This document shows positions 10,905 to 47,908 of a DNA stretch of 64,000 bases, piece by piece; within the stretch, counting starts at the first letter, position 1, and each line of letters starts with the position of its first letter. The DNA is from Felis catus. Lineage: Eukaryota. Under the pieces are notes generated by a model. The model ran no database searches, was not told where the DNA came from, and saw only the letters and a list, made by a program, of their open reading frames with translations. The stretch is taken from the NCBI RefSeq assembly GCF_018350175.1, contig NC_058369.1, positions 9,984,001-10,048,000 on the forward strand, written 5' to 3'. Position numbers and translations under genes: made by a program.

Positions 10905-11885
10905 TTTTCGCTGCTGTAGCTATGCTGTCTGATGTGGTAGCCATTTTCTACTTGTGGCTATTTGGATTTCAATTAATCAAAATTAAATACAAAGTTCAAT
11001 TCCCAGTCACCCTTAGCCACATCTTATGTGTTTAATAGGCACCCTGTGACTGATGGCAACCACATTTGGACAGCATGGGTGGAGAATGCTTCCACGGTCA
11101 CAGAAAGTTTTGTTGGACAGTGTTTACTTACCTTACCCATTTACCTCTTGCTCAGTATTTAGGTTGTTTCTTGTTTTCTACTCTTGCAAACGGTGCTCCA
11201 GTGGTTGTTGCTGTATATGTCTCCTTGTACACACATGCAGGAGTTTCCCTAGAATACGTATCAGGAGTTGAATTACTGGGTTATGGGAATATCCACCTTT
11301 CCTAGATATTGCCAGTTTGCTCTTCAGAATGACCATTCCAGTTCTTACTCCCCCAGCAAGGTTGCTATTGCCCAGTGTCCTTATCAATACTTGGTACTGT
11401 CAGATTTTTACGTTTCTGTTTTTTGATTTGTGTAAATTAGCGGTTTCCGTTAGCATTTTCCTGATGACCAGTGAGATTGAGCTATTTATGTCTGTGTATT
11501 GAGCCTTTATCTTCTGTGAGTTGCCTCTTCATATCTTTGCCCGTTTTCGTGCTGGATTGCCCTCATCTTATTGAGTATAGATGGTTCTTCTCACATCTGA
11601 AACTTGCCTTTCCATTTGTATGGTGTCTTTTGAAGTTCAGAGTTTTTTATTACTATGTTAATGTCATTAGAATGATCAGTCTACTTAAAGTTGGTGTTTT
11701 TTGTGCCCTGCTTAAGACATCTTAACCTGTATCTACTCTTTTTTCCTCCATGGAAGTTTTACTTTTCATATTTAGCTTTTAAAAAATCTACCTGGAATTT
11801 ATTTTTGTTTATGATGTGAGGTGGGACTGTGTTTTTGTTTTTTCCACACAGAAACCAGTTGTCCCGGTTTCCTTTATTGAGTAGT
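10905..11885. mobile_element. MER3-like MITE followed by old antisense L1 fragments
   Basis: GTAGCC...CACAGAAAGTTTTGTTGGACAGTG (MER3-like); GGAGTTGAATTACTGGGTTATGG-type L1M sequence. Confidence 0.55.
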
Positions 11886-11886
11886 T

Positions 11887-13560
11887 CAGTGGTTTTCAAA
11901 ATGTGATCCCCTGGGGATCCACGAGGTAAACCATTTTCATAATGGTTCTAAAGGGTCACCTCCATTTGTCGTTTGCACAGTGTTGTCCTCTGCACAACTC
12001 GTAGAAAAGCAGCGGTGGGTAAAACCGCTGGTGCCTTAGCACAGGAGTCCGTGCAGTGTCCCCACAAGGTAGTAGCAGTTGTCCTTGTATTCCTCGCTGC
12101 TGCCACACATTCATTGTGAAAATGATTTCACCTGAGTGTCCTTGAAGAAGCCATGAAAAGTAGTAATTGCGTTAAAACTGAGCCTCTGAACGAGTCTTTG
12201 TAATACTCTGTGTGGTGAAATGGGAAGTTTGCATGGAGCACGTCTATTGCTGAAGAGCGACGGGAGGTGAGGAAGTGCACTTGTACAGTTGTTTGAGTAG
12301 AGGTGGAGCTGGTGCCTTTTTTCACGGAACACCATTTTTACTTGAAAGAATGACAGACGGTAGTTATTCAGTTAAGATATTTGGCCGATATTTTCTCAGA
12401 AATGAATGAAGGGAGCTGGTCACTTCGAGGACCATTGATGGTCTGTTGCCAGTGATAAAATTTGAGCTTTCAAGCAGAATTTAGTCTTTGGGAAAACTTT
12501 TATTCACCATGAGCCTGACTACTTTGCAATATTTAAAGATATTTTTCTGATGAGATCAGTGTTGATATTAACAAAGAAGATTTTCAAAATATTGTATAGT
12601 AATTCAGTAGATCAGTATTTTCCAACAGGCCAAGGGGGCTCAATGTAACAGTATGAAAAATTCATTGACACAGTTTCATATTCCACCTTACAACCAACTC
12701 TTAATTTTTTAAACATTTTTAAATTTATTTTTGAGAGGCAGAGAGCATGAGCATGGGAAGGGCAGGGAGAGGCAGACACAGAATCCGAAGCAGGCTCCAG
12801 GCTGTCAGCACAGAGCCTGATGTGGGGCTCGAACTCACGAACTGCGAGATCATGACCTGAGCTGAAGTTGGACGCTCAACTGACCGAGCCACCCAGGCGC
12901 CCCTGACCTTACAACTAACTTGAACACACCACTACTTGTTGAGTTTTGGTAAGTAACAAAGTAGGATATCCCCAATTAGCTGAAAAGGCTATCGCACTCC
13001 TCCTTTTCTAACTGCATCTGTGTGAGGCTGGATTTCCTTTATGAACTTCAACCAAGACAGCATATTGCAACAGATTGATTGCAGAACCTGTGTGAGAATT
13101 CTGGTCTCTTCTATTGGGCCAAACACTAGGAGCGTCACAAAATGTAAAACACTGCCATTCTTTTCACTACTTTGTTTTTAAAAACATAGTTATTCTTACA
13201 AAATAGCTGACTTATGTTAACATCTGTTGGATTTATTAGCTTATGTATTTTTTAAATGTTTATTTTGAGAGAGAAAGAGGATGAGTGGGGAAGGGGCAGA
13301 GAGAAGGGGGTGGTCAGAGGATGGGAAGCAGGCTCTGTGCTGACAGCAGTGAGCCCCGTGCAGGGCTTCAGCTCTTGAACTGTGAAATCATGACTTGAAC
13401 TGAAGTCGGACGCTTAACCGACTGAGCCACCCAGGTGCCCCTGATTTATTAGCTAATTCAAATTTTTAAAAAATTGTCAGTTATAATTTCTAATTTAGTA
13501 AATATACATAGAAATAATCCCTATCCCTATAAACAACAGCTCTTTAGGGTTCTCATTAGT
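11887..13560 (+). mobile_element. Charlie1-type hAT DNA transposon relic with CAN-SINE insertions at ~12705-12904 and ~13248-13441 (both -)
   Basis: Starts CAGTGGTTTTCAAAATGTG; degenerate transposase-derived interior; AAACAACAGCTCTTTAGGGTTCTCA near the 3' end. Confidence 0.7.
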
Positions 13561-13784
13561 TTTTTTTTTTTTTTTAAGATTTAATTTATTTTTTAACTTA
13601 ATTTTTTTTAGTGTTTGTTTAGAGACAGTGAGTACGGAAGAGGGGCAGAGAGAGAGAGAGAATCCCAAGCAGACTCTGTGCTCCCAGCACAGAGCTGACA
13701 TGGGGCTCAAACCCATGAACTGTGAGATCATGACCTGAGCTGAGATCAAGAGTCAGACGCTTAACTGAGCCTCCCAGGCGCCCC
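13560..13784 (-). mobile_element. CAN-SINE
   Basis: Poly-T, (AG)n, CCCAGGCGCCCC end. Confidence 0.9.
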
Positions 13785-13789
13785 TTAAT

Positions 13790-14080
13790 TTTTTTTAAGA
13801 GCAGTTTCAGGTTCACAGCAAAATTGAGAGTAAGGTACAGAGATTTTCTGTATGCCCCCTGCCTCCCCTTTTCTCATGCATGGCCTCCCCCACCATTAAC
13901 ATCCCCACCAGAGTGGTATATTTATAGTTGATCCTACATTCATATATCATTATCACCCAAAGTCTATAGTTCACATTAGGGTTCACTCTTGGTGTTGTAT
14001 GTTCTGTGGATTTGGACAAATGTGTGCCGTCATTATAGTCTCAAGAGTATTTTCTTTGTCTCCCAAATCTTTTGTGCTCC
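13790..14080 (-). mobile_element. L1 (L1MA/MB-like) 3' end fragment
   Basis: AGCAGTTTCAGGTTCACAGCAAAATTGAG...CATTAGGGTTCACTCTTGGTGTTGTA. Confidence 0.75.
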
Positions 14081-14446
14081 ACCTAGTCCTTCCCAATTCC
14101 ACTCATGAAGTTTTGTGAGGGTAAAGGGATCCCAAGACCAAAACCCTTGAGATCCTCTGGATCAATCCGTCCTTTCTCTAGTGATTTGTAACCTCTGTCT
14201 AGAACAAGTTTGCATCCAGTCACGGGTCTCTTCGTGGTCCTGTTTGTCTTCCTGTGCCAACACTGCATTTTCTTAAACATTACCACATAAGAACCAATCT
14301 TTGTAAGGGCTGGTTCTCACACCTAGTTCTTCATTCTTTCAGAGGTATCGGTTATTCTTGGTTTTTGTTATTCCACAGAAAGTAGGACACACGAATACTT
14401 TTTCCTTTTACAAAAGTAATACATGCTTAATGAAAAAACTAAAAAA

Positions 14447-14653
14447 AATTTTTTTAACGTTTATTTTTGAGAGACAGAGATAGAACATGAGTGGGGGAGG
14501 GGCAGAGAGAGAGAGACACACACAGAATCCGAAGCAGGCTCCAGGCCCTGAGCTGTCAGCACAGAGTCTGACGCGGGGCCTGAACCCATGAACCGTGAGA
14601 TCATGACCTGAGCCGAATCGGATGCTTAATTGACTGAGCCACCCAGGCGACCC
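14447..14653 (-). mobile_element. CAN-SINE
   Basis: SINEC_Fc reverse architecture. Confidence 0.92.
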
Positions 14654-14774
14654 TGAAATAATTTTTTTAAATGCAGAATTGGAAGAAAGCAAGTTACTCA
14701 CTGTTCATATTCTGAAGTATAGCTTTATATTCTGATGTTATATGTGTGTACATATACGTACATGTAATGTTAAC

Positions 14775-15240
14775 CTTAAGGATAAAACTGAGTTTTAACA
14801 GCAAAAACGGGTTTATTTGGGAATAAGAGAATTGCATTTTGGGACTTGCAAGCTGTGACCAGACAAAACCTTACCATAGGCAACTCTAAAGGACAAAGGA
14901 GAGGTATGCTCTTATAGAGAAAAGGGAAAGTTGGGAAGGCTGTTATAAACCAAAAGTGCTTTGGAGTGAACTGGCAGTCCGAAGTGTAGTGGCTTTTCAT
15001 AGGCTGAGCTAATCTGTCTCTCTTCAGCTGGGCTTTTGTGGGGCGGGGTGGGGGGGGGAGGATTGGTTGAGGGGAGAAAACCTTCCTCCTGCTGGGGTAG
15101 GGAAGTAGTATCCACTTGCTAGGTGCATATCTCTTCCTGTTGGGTCTGCAAATGACTGCTGGCGATAGGGCACGAGAGCTCCACCTTCTGGCCTCTTGAC
15201 TCCATTTTAGTGAGGTTTCCCTTTATTAATTTTCACGATA
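14775..15240 (-). mobile_element. Probable solo LTR (family uncertain)
   Basis: Minus-strand AATAAA and TATA-like motif with LTR-like composition. Confidence 0.4.
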
Positions 15241-15434
15241 TACGCATGCATGTGTGTGCACATGCACAAATACACACGTGTATGTAACTGTTTATGTGCT
15301 GTTTGTATATAAGTGTCATTCAAAAAGGTGGGTCATGCTTTATCTTTTTTATATCTAAATTTTTATACAAAATCTTATTAGAAATTTATTTCCATGTCAT
15401 TTAATGTTCTTCTGCACCATCTTTAGAATTTATT

Positions 15435-15626
15435 CATTTATTTATTTTTAAATTATTTATTTATTTTTGAGAGTACAAGCAGGGGAGGGGCAGAGAGAGA
15501 GGGGGACAGAAGATCTGAAGTGAACTCTGCGCCGACAGCAGCAAGCCCGATGCGGGGTTCGAACTCGCAAGATCATGACCTGAGCCAAAGTTGAATACTC
15601 AACTGACTAAGCCACCCAGATGCCCC
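15435..15626 (-). mobile_element. CAN-SINE
   Basis: (TTTA)n tail, GCCACCCAGATGCCCC end. Confidence 0.9.
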
Positions 15627-16439
15627 TTGCATCGTTGTATTTAATGGCTATATGTATTGTTTTATGTGCCTGATTTATGTAATGATTTTCTGTGCTGAAA
15701 TTGTATTTGTTGTGTTTCACTCACAGAAGCCTGACCACAGTGAACCTTCTTGTTGCCAAGTTTTCATGTGCATTTGTGATTGTTTAGGATTGATTCCCAG
15801 GAGAGGACTGGTTGGGTTACAATGAGGGCTTCAGTTGTGAGAGGCTGGGATCACTTAGATGAAGGTGGAGGGTTGTGGAAGACAGTGGGACAGGACAAAT
15901 AGAAAAGATTAGCAGCTGCAAGGATTTCGGTCAAGGAGAGTCCTGGTGCAGTGAACATGATACAAGTGGGGGAGGGAGGAGGCAGCAGGGGCCTGTCCTC
16001 ATTGCTGGTTTCCATGACTGATGTTTGAAGGGGTAAGAGAAGAGCAGAATAAGCCTGTGGATGTTGTGGGGATTGAGGACTGGCCTCAGCCTGGCTTCCC
16101 CAGGTCTTGCCGAGAGTTTGTGGGACAGAGGAGGTTTTCTCTGGGTTGGAGGCCCCCAGTGCCTTTAGCCTTTTGGGGGCTGGAGAGAATCCTCTGTGGC
16201 TCTGCATTTAGGCCGTCCTTCTGGCTTGACTCACATCAGCCCGCTCTGGACAGCCCTAATACTACCTACGTGGGGACTGTTGGGGAGTGTGGTGTGCTTA
16301 GTGGGCATCTCCTGTGATGTGAGGAGCCAGATCGTCAACCCTCTGTATTGTGTGCCACATGGGGTTGGTGAACAGAGATGGGGAGTGGGCAGTTGCAGCC
16401 AAGCACAGACATCCCTAGAAGCAGCTCCTGGGATCAGAA

Positions 16440-18840
16440 GACCAAGATGGAGGCCTGGTCCAGCTCTTTCTTATTAGCCAAGTAAACGTGGGGATAAGCT
16501 GTCCTGGGCTTCGGCTTCTGCAGCCATAAAACAGGGCTAATACCTGCCTCGTTGGGTCACTGAAAGGATTAAAACGGATGGCATGTCAAGCATCTGCGGG
16601 ATGCAGACACTTTGAACTGCCCAGTTGTCCTATTTGAGCAGGTCATCGTCACTCTAAGCTCAGTTTCCTCATTTGACGAATAGGGATAAGAATACATACT
16701 TTGTGATAAGTACGTGCGGTGAATTGTAGGAAGGAACTTGGAAGTGATAAATGTCAATGTAAGTGTTACCGTTCCTGGGCATGTGCAGATGGCTGCACCA
16801 GGTATGTACGGGTGCCACTAACAGCCACCTGAGGGTCGCAGGCATCTGGCACGGCAGATTGAGATTGTGCTAGCAGAGGAGGGTGTGTGCCGTGCCGGGG
16901 AGAGTAAAGGACACAGAGGTGAAAGAGCTGGTTGTGTTGTAGAACCTCCTCTTATGCTGGGATTTGATCTCAAAATCAGAGCACGAAGTCAGAATCCTAT
17001 GTAGTTAAATTAGATTACCCTTAAAGTCCCCACACCTGCTCACAGAGTGTCTCAGTAAGTCCAGTACCATCAGCTCCTCTTCCAGCATAGGAGCAGACTG
17101 CCTTTTCTTGGGTTGGGTACCAGCAGAAATAGTGAACTTAGGTTTCAGGGCTGCGCTAAATTAAACTCAGCATTGCCCAGTGAGGGGCACATGGGAACCG
17201 AGAGCAGTGGAAGAAATGGCCGATTCACACAGTTCCATCATTTGTAACTCTCGTCTCAGGCTCACTCTAGGTCTCCCTTTCATTTCAGCTTTCCATCCTT
17301 TAACAAATATTTATTGATCACTTACTGTGTGTCAGATGCTGTGCTAGACACTGGGGAACAGCACTGAACAAAAACACACCATTCCTCATGACATTCTGGT
17401 TGGGGAGGCAGATAAGAAACAAGCAAAAGAAGTTTCTTAGTTTGCTAGATAGGAGTGCTGTGGGAGACCAACGAAGCAAAATGTGTTCTAGGGAGTTCTG
17501 GAGTAGCCAGTTGCAGTTTAGATGGAGTGGCTTGGGAAGCTCTGATTTTCATAAGCAGGAGAATTCTCTGCAGGAGAATAAGTGAATGCTGTGGAATGGC
17601 CAGGGCAAAGGCTCTGAGGCAGGTGCCTGCATCTTTGTGTGCAGTGAGGAACCCAGCGTGGCTAGAGTGGAGGGAAGCAGGAGGAGAGCCATGGGGATGA
17701 GATCTGATGTCGTAGAGCCTCATAGGTCATTGTAGGCCGTTGGGCTGACTTTGGCCTTTTGTCTGGGCAAGAGAAGAGGTTACTGGAGAGTTTTGAGCAG
17801 AGGAGGGACAAGGTGCTTACCAAGATCATTCTGGTTTCTGTGTTGAGAAAAGCCTGAAGAAGGACAAGGGAATTAGTTAGGGGAGTGTTGCAGTGGTCGT
17901 GATGAGAGACAATGGTGGCTTGAACCGGGGTGATAAGAATTAACTGTGGATAATTTGAAGTTAGAACCACCATTCCATTTTCTGTCAGTTTAGATGTGAG
18001 GTTGAACAAAGAGGTAAGTTCAAAGGAACCTCCAAGGGTTTATTCTTGAGTCGCAGATGGATTTGCGATTAGTTGAGGTGGGGAGCCTATGAGAGGAGCT
18101 GTGGGGGACAGGTTTGGACAAGTTAAGTTTGAAGTCCTGCCAGACACCTAGGGGGAAATGTGGAGGGGGTAGGTTGGATGTGAAAGAATTTGGAACTCAA
18201 GGCAGAAGTTCAGCCTGGAATTCTGTGTTTGGGAGTTGTCAGTTTATAGTTATTATGTACAACCATGCAACAAGGCTGAGATCTCCTAAGGAGTGAGTGT
18301 AGGTATCTGGTCTCACCGGTGTTAAGAGTCAGGAGATGAGAAGGAACCAGCCACAAACTGGGAAGGAGTGGCTGGAGAGGTGGGAAGACAATCGGGAGTG
18401 TGGCATCCTGGATGCAGATGTTGAAGGGAGGGAGGCACAGAGAGATGCTCGCACTGTTTGAACAGTCCTTCCTCTCTGGGAGCACTGGGAGCTGCGTTTG
18501 AGAATGTGCAATACACGTGATGCGGTCCCACCTTGGCACGTTTGAAAATGCACCGTTCCAGCAGCATGTGGGGGTCCAGGGATGGCAGGTGGAACGAGAC
18601 AGGCACAGCATACAGTGCCTGCACTCTGCCTGAAATACAGCTGGTGGGGCTTCTCTGACACTTGATATGCAGTGGCCTGGCCAGAGAGACTTGGGCATTC
18701 ATCTAGGCACTGTAAGCCAGGTTCCCCGTCTGCAAAATGGAGATCTGATAACCTCCCCCATAGAGCATTTATGCGGATTCAAAGAGAAACTGCACCTGAA
18801 GTGCTCAGCCAGACCCAGGAACTTACAAAGTTCTCTGTGA
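16440..18840. mobile_element. MIR and L2 fragments
   Basis: MIR cores (CTCAGTTTCCTCATTTG at ~16660) and L2 3' end (TTTAACAAATATTTATTGATCACTTACTGTGTG at 17300). Confidence 0.6.
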
Positions 18841-18984
18841 GTGTTAGGATTCCGTGACTCGCCAGGCCTCTGCGGTGGGTTCAAAATGCTGCAGTGCAGG
18901 TTCTCACCGTGTCAGCCTCATGGGGACACTCTGAGCAGATCCACTCACCCACTTCTTACCCCCCAGCGAGTCACGCCACTCTTG

Positions 18985-21900
18985 TCATTCCAAGAAATCT
19001 TAATTTCTTTATTGTTTGATTTTTTTGACTCAACAATTTTTTTTAAACTTTTTGTTTTTTTCTGAAACGTTCTTGTTATGAGCCTTTTGTTTTGTTCTCG
19101 TTAAATGCACTCGACCCAAAATTGGTTTGGCATATCGAAAAGGAGACCAAGGAGGGACTGGGGGGCGTGGGAGAGAGGGGAGGAGGCCCGAATGGACACA
19201 AGAGATATTGAGGGTGAAAGAAGAGGTACACAGAGACAGTGAAAAAGACACAGGGAAAGAGGTGTTGACAGAGAAAGGAAGGCCAGGGAAACAACAAAAA
19301 ATACTAATATTTAAAAGCAAATGAATTCAGGAGCCCAAGGAAGAGAGTAGGAGAGGAAACCAAGACCCTTCCTTCTCTATACTGTCCCAGCTGGGGTGGG
19401 GTGTCAAGGCACCAGGTGTGGTTGGGGTGAGGGGACACCTGGGCTCTCGGGGGTGGCTTTGCACTTGACTGCAGTGGTGTCCAACCCCACCAGGGGGCCC
19501 TGCCATGCAGCTCTGAGGCCTGGGACTCCACCTTGGTGATTCTGGCTGGAATGAGAACCTAGGGACCCACCACACCCTCTCTCCCCTTGATTGTCAGTAT
19601 CTGGAGAGATAAAAGGAGGGCTGGTCAGGGGAGAGAAAGCGGATTCCTTGCCTACCTCCAGCACCCACCCCCTGTGGAACTCTCCCTCCAAGCCTGCTCT
19701 CCAGCCCTCTTACTGGTGGCAGAGGCAGCCTCTGGCTCTGGCTGGACTGACGCCTGGCCAACTCCTCCATTGTCCCTCCTCTCTTGCCAGCTCTTCACAG
19801 ACCTCTAACTGCCCCTTCCTAAGTGGAGTTCCTGGCCTAGTGATACCAAGGAAGGCCACGGAGCTGTCTGGGCAAGACTGTCCCTATACTTCTCTCTTCC
19901 CCATCCAGAGTTACCCATGTTCTTCCGCTGAATGAGGTTAAGCCTTCCTACTGAAAAACCAGATATGGAACCCAAACCTGCCTTCTCCCCACACCTGTCT
20001 CCCTACATGGGACAAACCACCATCTTTGGTCTGACCCCTTCTCCCCTAACTGATGGGGACAAGCCAGCCCCAGCTCCCCAGGAGAAGGGAGGGACTTTCT
20101 AGCAGCAAAAAGGGTTCCTCCAGCCACCTACCTGTCCCTTTCCCCTAGTTCCTCCCTAGAGCCTTCCCCCCCACCCCCGCCCCCTTAACCCAAAGAAGTT
20201 TATGGCAGCAGCAGGCTGAGACCCGAAGATGTTTGAAAACTCATGGCACTTGTGAGAAAAGAGAGAGGGGCAAAAGAGACAAGAAGGGGGCCAGAATAGG
20301 GGTGGAGGGCCACCCCTGGGAGAATGGCAATGATAGGGCTGGGCTAGTGTGGCAATGGGACTACCCTACCCTCAAAGAGTTGGGGCAGGGGAGGCCAGGG
20401 TGAGAGGCTGGGGAGGAGGGTGCTGGAAGAGGTACTCAGGAGACATCCCCCGCCTGAAGCTTCCAGAGTCTATAGGTTGGGGGTAGAGCCCCCAATACAA
20501 AGGTGTCCTGACGGCAGGCCCTGGTACTTGGCTCTGTGTCCCCTGCAGGAGGGTGTAGGGGAGGGAAGGTGATCTCTCACCTTTGCATACCCTCCCCCAC
20601 CCCCCTCAAGAGAGAAGACAACTTCACCACTCCTAGCCTCCCGGTCACACCCACCACTTGCTGCCTCCACTTTCCTTCCCCCATCAACCTCTCTAGGTGG
20701 GAAATCAGTCCCTTCTTCCTCGGCCCAGAGTCCCAGAAGCAATATACAAGAAGCAGGAACTCAAAGGGACAGCGCAGCCATCTTGGCAAAAGCATCTTTG
20801 GGTGTGAGGGTGTCTCCCCGGGCCAGTGGGGAGGGGAGGGGGAGACAGGCCCCGGTCCTGGGGCAGGCAGTGAGGTACACGCCCCAGGAGGGCTGACTGA
20901 GGCCAGGGACAGGCGGAGCAGGGAAAGAGGCGACAGAAACAGTGCCGGGAAGGAAACAGGTTCTTTGTTTCGCTGTTGCTTCTAGATTTTGTTTTCTGTC
21001 TCTGGATTGTAAAAAGCTGCTCTGGCGGCCCGCCCACCCCGGCTGGGGATGCACACATACACGGAGAAGTCCTGGCTGCCAGGGCCCGGCGGCGCCACTC
21101 TGCTCCGGAGAAAGCCCCGGGCTGGCTGGGCCACAGGCTCCCGGTGGCTTCAAGTGATGAGATTTTCTTTCCTTTTTTTTTTTTTTTTTTGTCTTTTTTT
21201 TTTTTTTGTCTTTTTCATTTCGTTGAAATATTTACAGCAATGGGGGAGGAGGAGGAGAGAGGAAGGGGTAAGATGGCCCCCTAGGGAAAGATCCAAGCCC
21301 AGGACCCACTCCCCAGGGAGATCCAGACCCAAAATCTGCTCCCCAGTTAGCCGAGCCCACAGGACTGGGAACTGCCCAAATATGGCCACCCCTGTGGGCT
21401 GGGGGCCCTGCGGGGAGTTGTGCTTCATCAGGAGTCACCCCAAGGGAGGGGGTCACTGGGTGCACTTGAGGAGGCTGATGGGCAGGCTTGCTGGGGAGGC
21501 AAGGATGAAGAGCAGAGGAGGGAAGGAGCTTCAGAGAAAGTTCCACCTTTAAACCAGCAGCCACAACTGCCCGTTCCGCCTGCCCCGGGGCCTTCTCTTG
21601 GGCCAGAGGCCCCAGTCTCCAAGGAGCAGGGAACTAGTGCAGGAGGAACCTGTCTGTCTGCTCCCACTGCTCCCTCCTGGTGCAGCTGGCAGCATTTCCA
21701 GATGCAGAGAGAGGAGCAGCGGACAGGTTCCATTCAGCAGGGCCCTTGGCCCAAGGAAACCAAAGCCCTCGTTTCCCTCCAGGGGGTAGGAAGGTAGGGG
21801 AGAGGGGGAAGTAGAGAGTGGGCTGCACCCATCCAATTTCTCCTTCCTTACTCCCTTGGGGACCTCTTGGCTTCTCCTCACTGCACTTCCCCCAATTCGA

Positions 21901-22117
21901 GCTGGTGCACGTGGCTGGTAGGAAACCCTGTCTGTGAACCCTGCACCACAGGCCCCCATGGCAGAACTCCTGAGGGGCCTAGAGGGCCCACGGCCGACGG
22001 GTACTTGGAGAGAGTGGCCCACCAGCCACTGCCTCCATGAGTCTCCCTCTCCCACCAGAGCCCCACCCAGGGTTCCCTCCCTGGCCTGGGCCACCAGCCC
22101 CTGGTCCGTGAGGTCCC
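18985..22117 (-). other. ADGRL1: ADGRL1 3'UTR (~3.1 kb; cleavage site approximate)
   Basis: Repeat-free stretch from the stop codon to the AATAAA signal; MIR/L2 repeats resume beyond it. Confidence 0.8.
19008..19013 (-). terminator. ADGRL1: Poly(A) signal AATAAA of ADGRL1
   Basis: TTTATT on plus strand at the boundary between unique and repeat sequence. Confidence 0.8.
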
Positions 22118-47067
<24,950 letters not shown>

Positions 47068-47754
47068 GGCGGCGGCCAGGGGCGGGTCCGGGGCTCTCAG
47101 TGTCCTGTGCGGGGGGCCTTGCCCCGCATCAGCAGGTGGGCACCACGGCCTGGCCCACCAGCCTGGGGAGAAGAGGGAGAGTGAGGCGGGAGCGAGGCCC
47201 CAGCAGACGCAGGAGGAGGTGCGCTTGGGCTGGTCCCCTCTCCTTGCCGGTGGCCGAGGCCTTCCACCCCAGAGTCCCCAGACGGGCCGGTCAAGGGACC
47301 TCTCTCGAGCCAGCTGTGTCTGACTGAAGCCGCACCCTTGGGCCAGAGGCTGACCGGCCCCCCGGAACCTCTGGCTTACACTGCTAACTCCACTGCCCAC
47401 CCTCACCCCCACCCCCGGCAGCCAGACCCGCCCATCAGGGCACCTTGAACCAAAGGGAACCTCCTGGACGAACCTCCCGTGGTCTGACAGTGCCCCTCAG
47501 GTAGCAAGGGCGGTTCACTGGGATGTCACGGGGGATAAAGACCTTCTGGAAGCTTCTTCTCCATCCCCAACCCCCAACCCTGCCCTCTTGTCTCCCCCAC
47601 CTAGCTTCCCCACCCGGCACAGCATGGGGGCAGGGGCCGGGTACCCAGGCATCCTGGCCTTGACTTGCTTCACTAGCCTCCCAGTCTTGGGCAGGAGTCC
47701 AGGCCCCGCCCCCCAGCCCTTGCTTCCTGTCTCTCCCGCTCTGGTAGCTAATTA

Positions 47755-47908
47755 GAATCCAGCTGGCTGGCGCCACAGATCGGGACCAGGGACAACTGAG
47801 TCCCCTTTTTCCCCTCTGGGGGACCCTCGAGGAATCCAGCTGGCTGGCGCCACAGATCGGGACCAGGGACAACTGAGTCCCCTTTTTCCCCTCTGGGGGA
47901 CCCTCGAG
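47755..47908. repeat. Perfect 77-bp tandem duplication
   Basis: 47755-47831 is identical to 47832-47908. Confidence 0.95.

Noticed and set aside
11887..13560. Possible domesticated hAT transposase
   Set aside because: No long ORF; interrupted by stops and SINEs.
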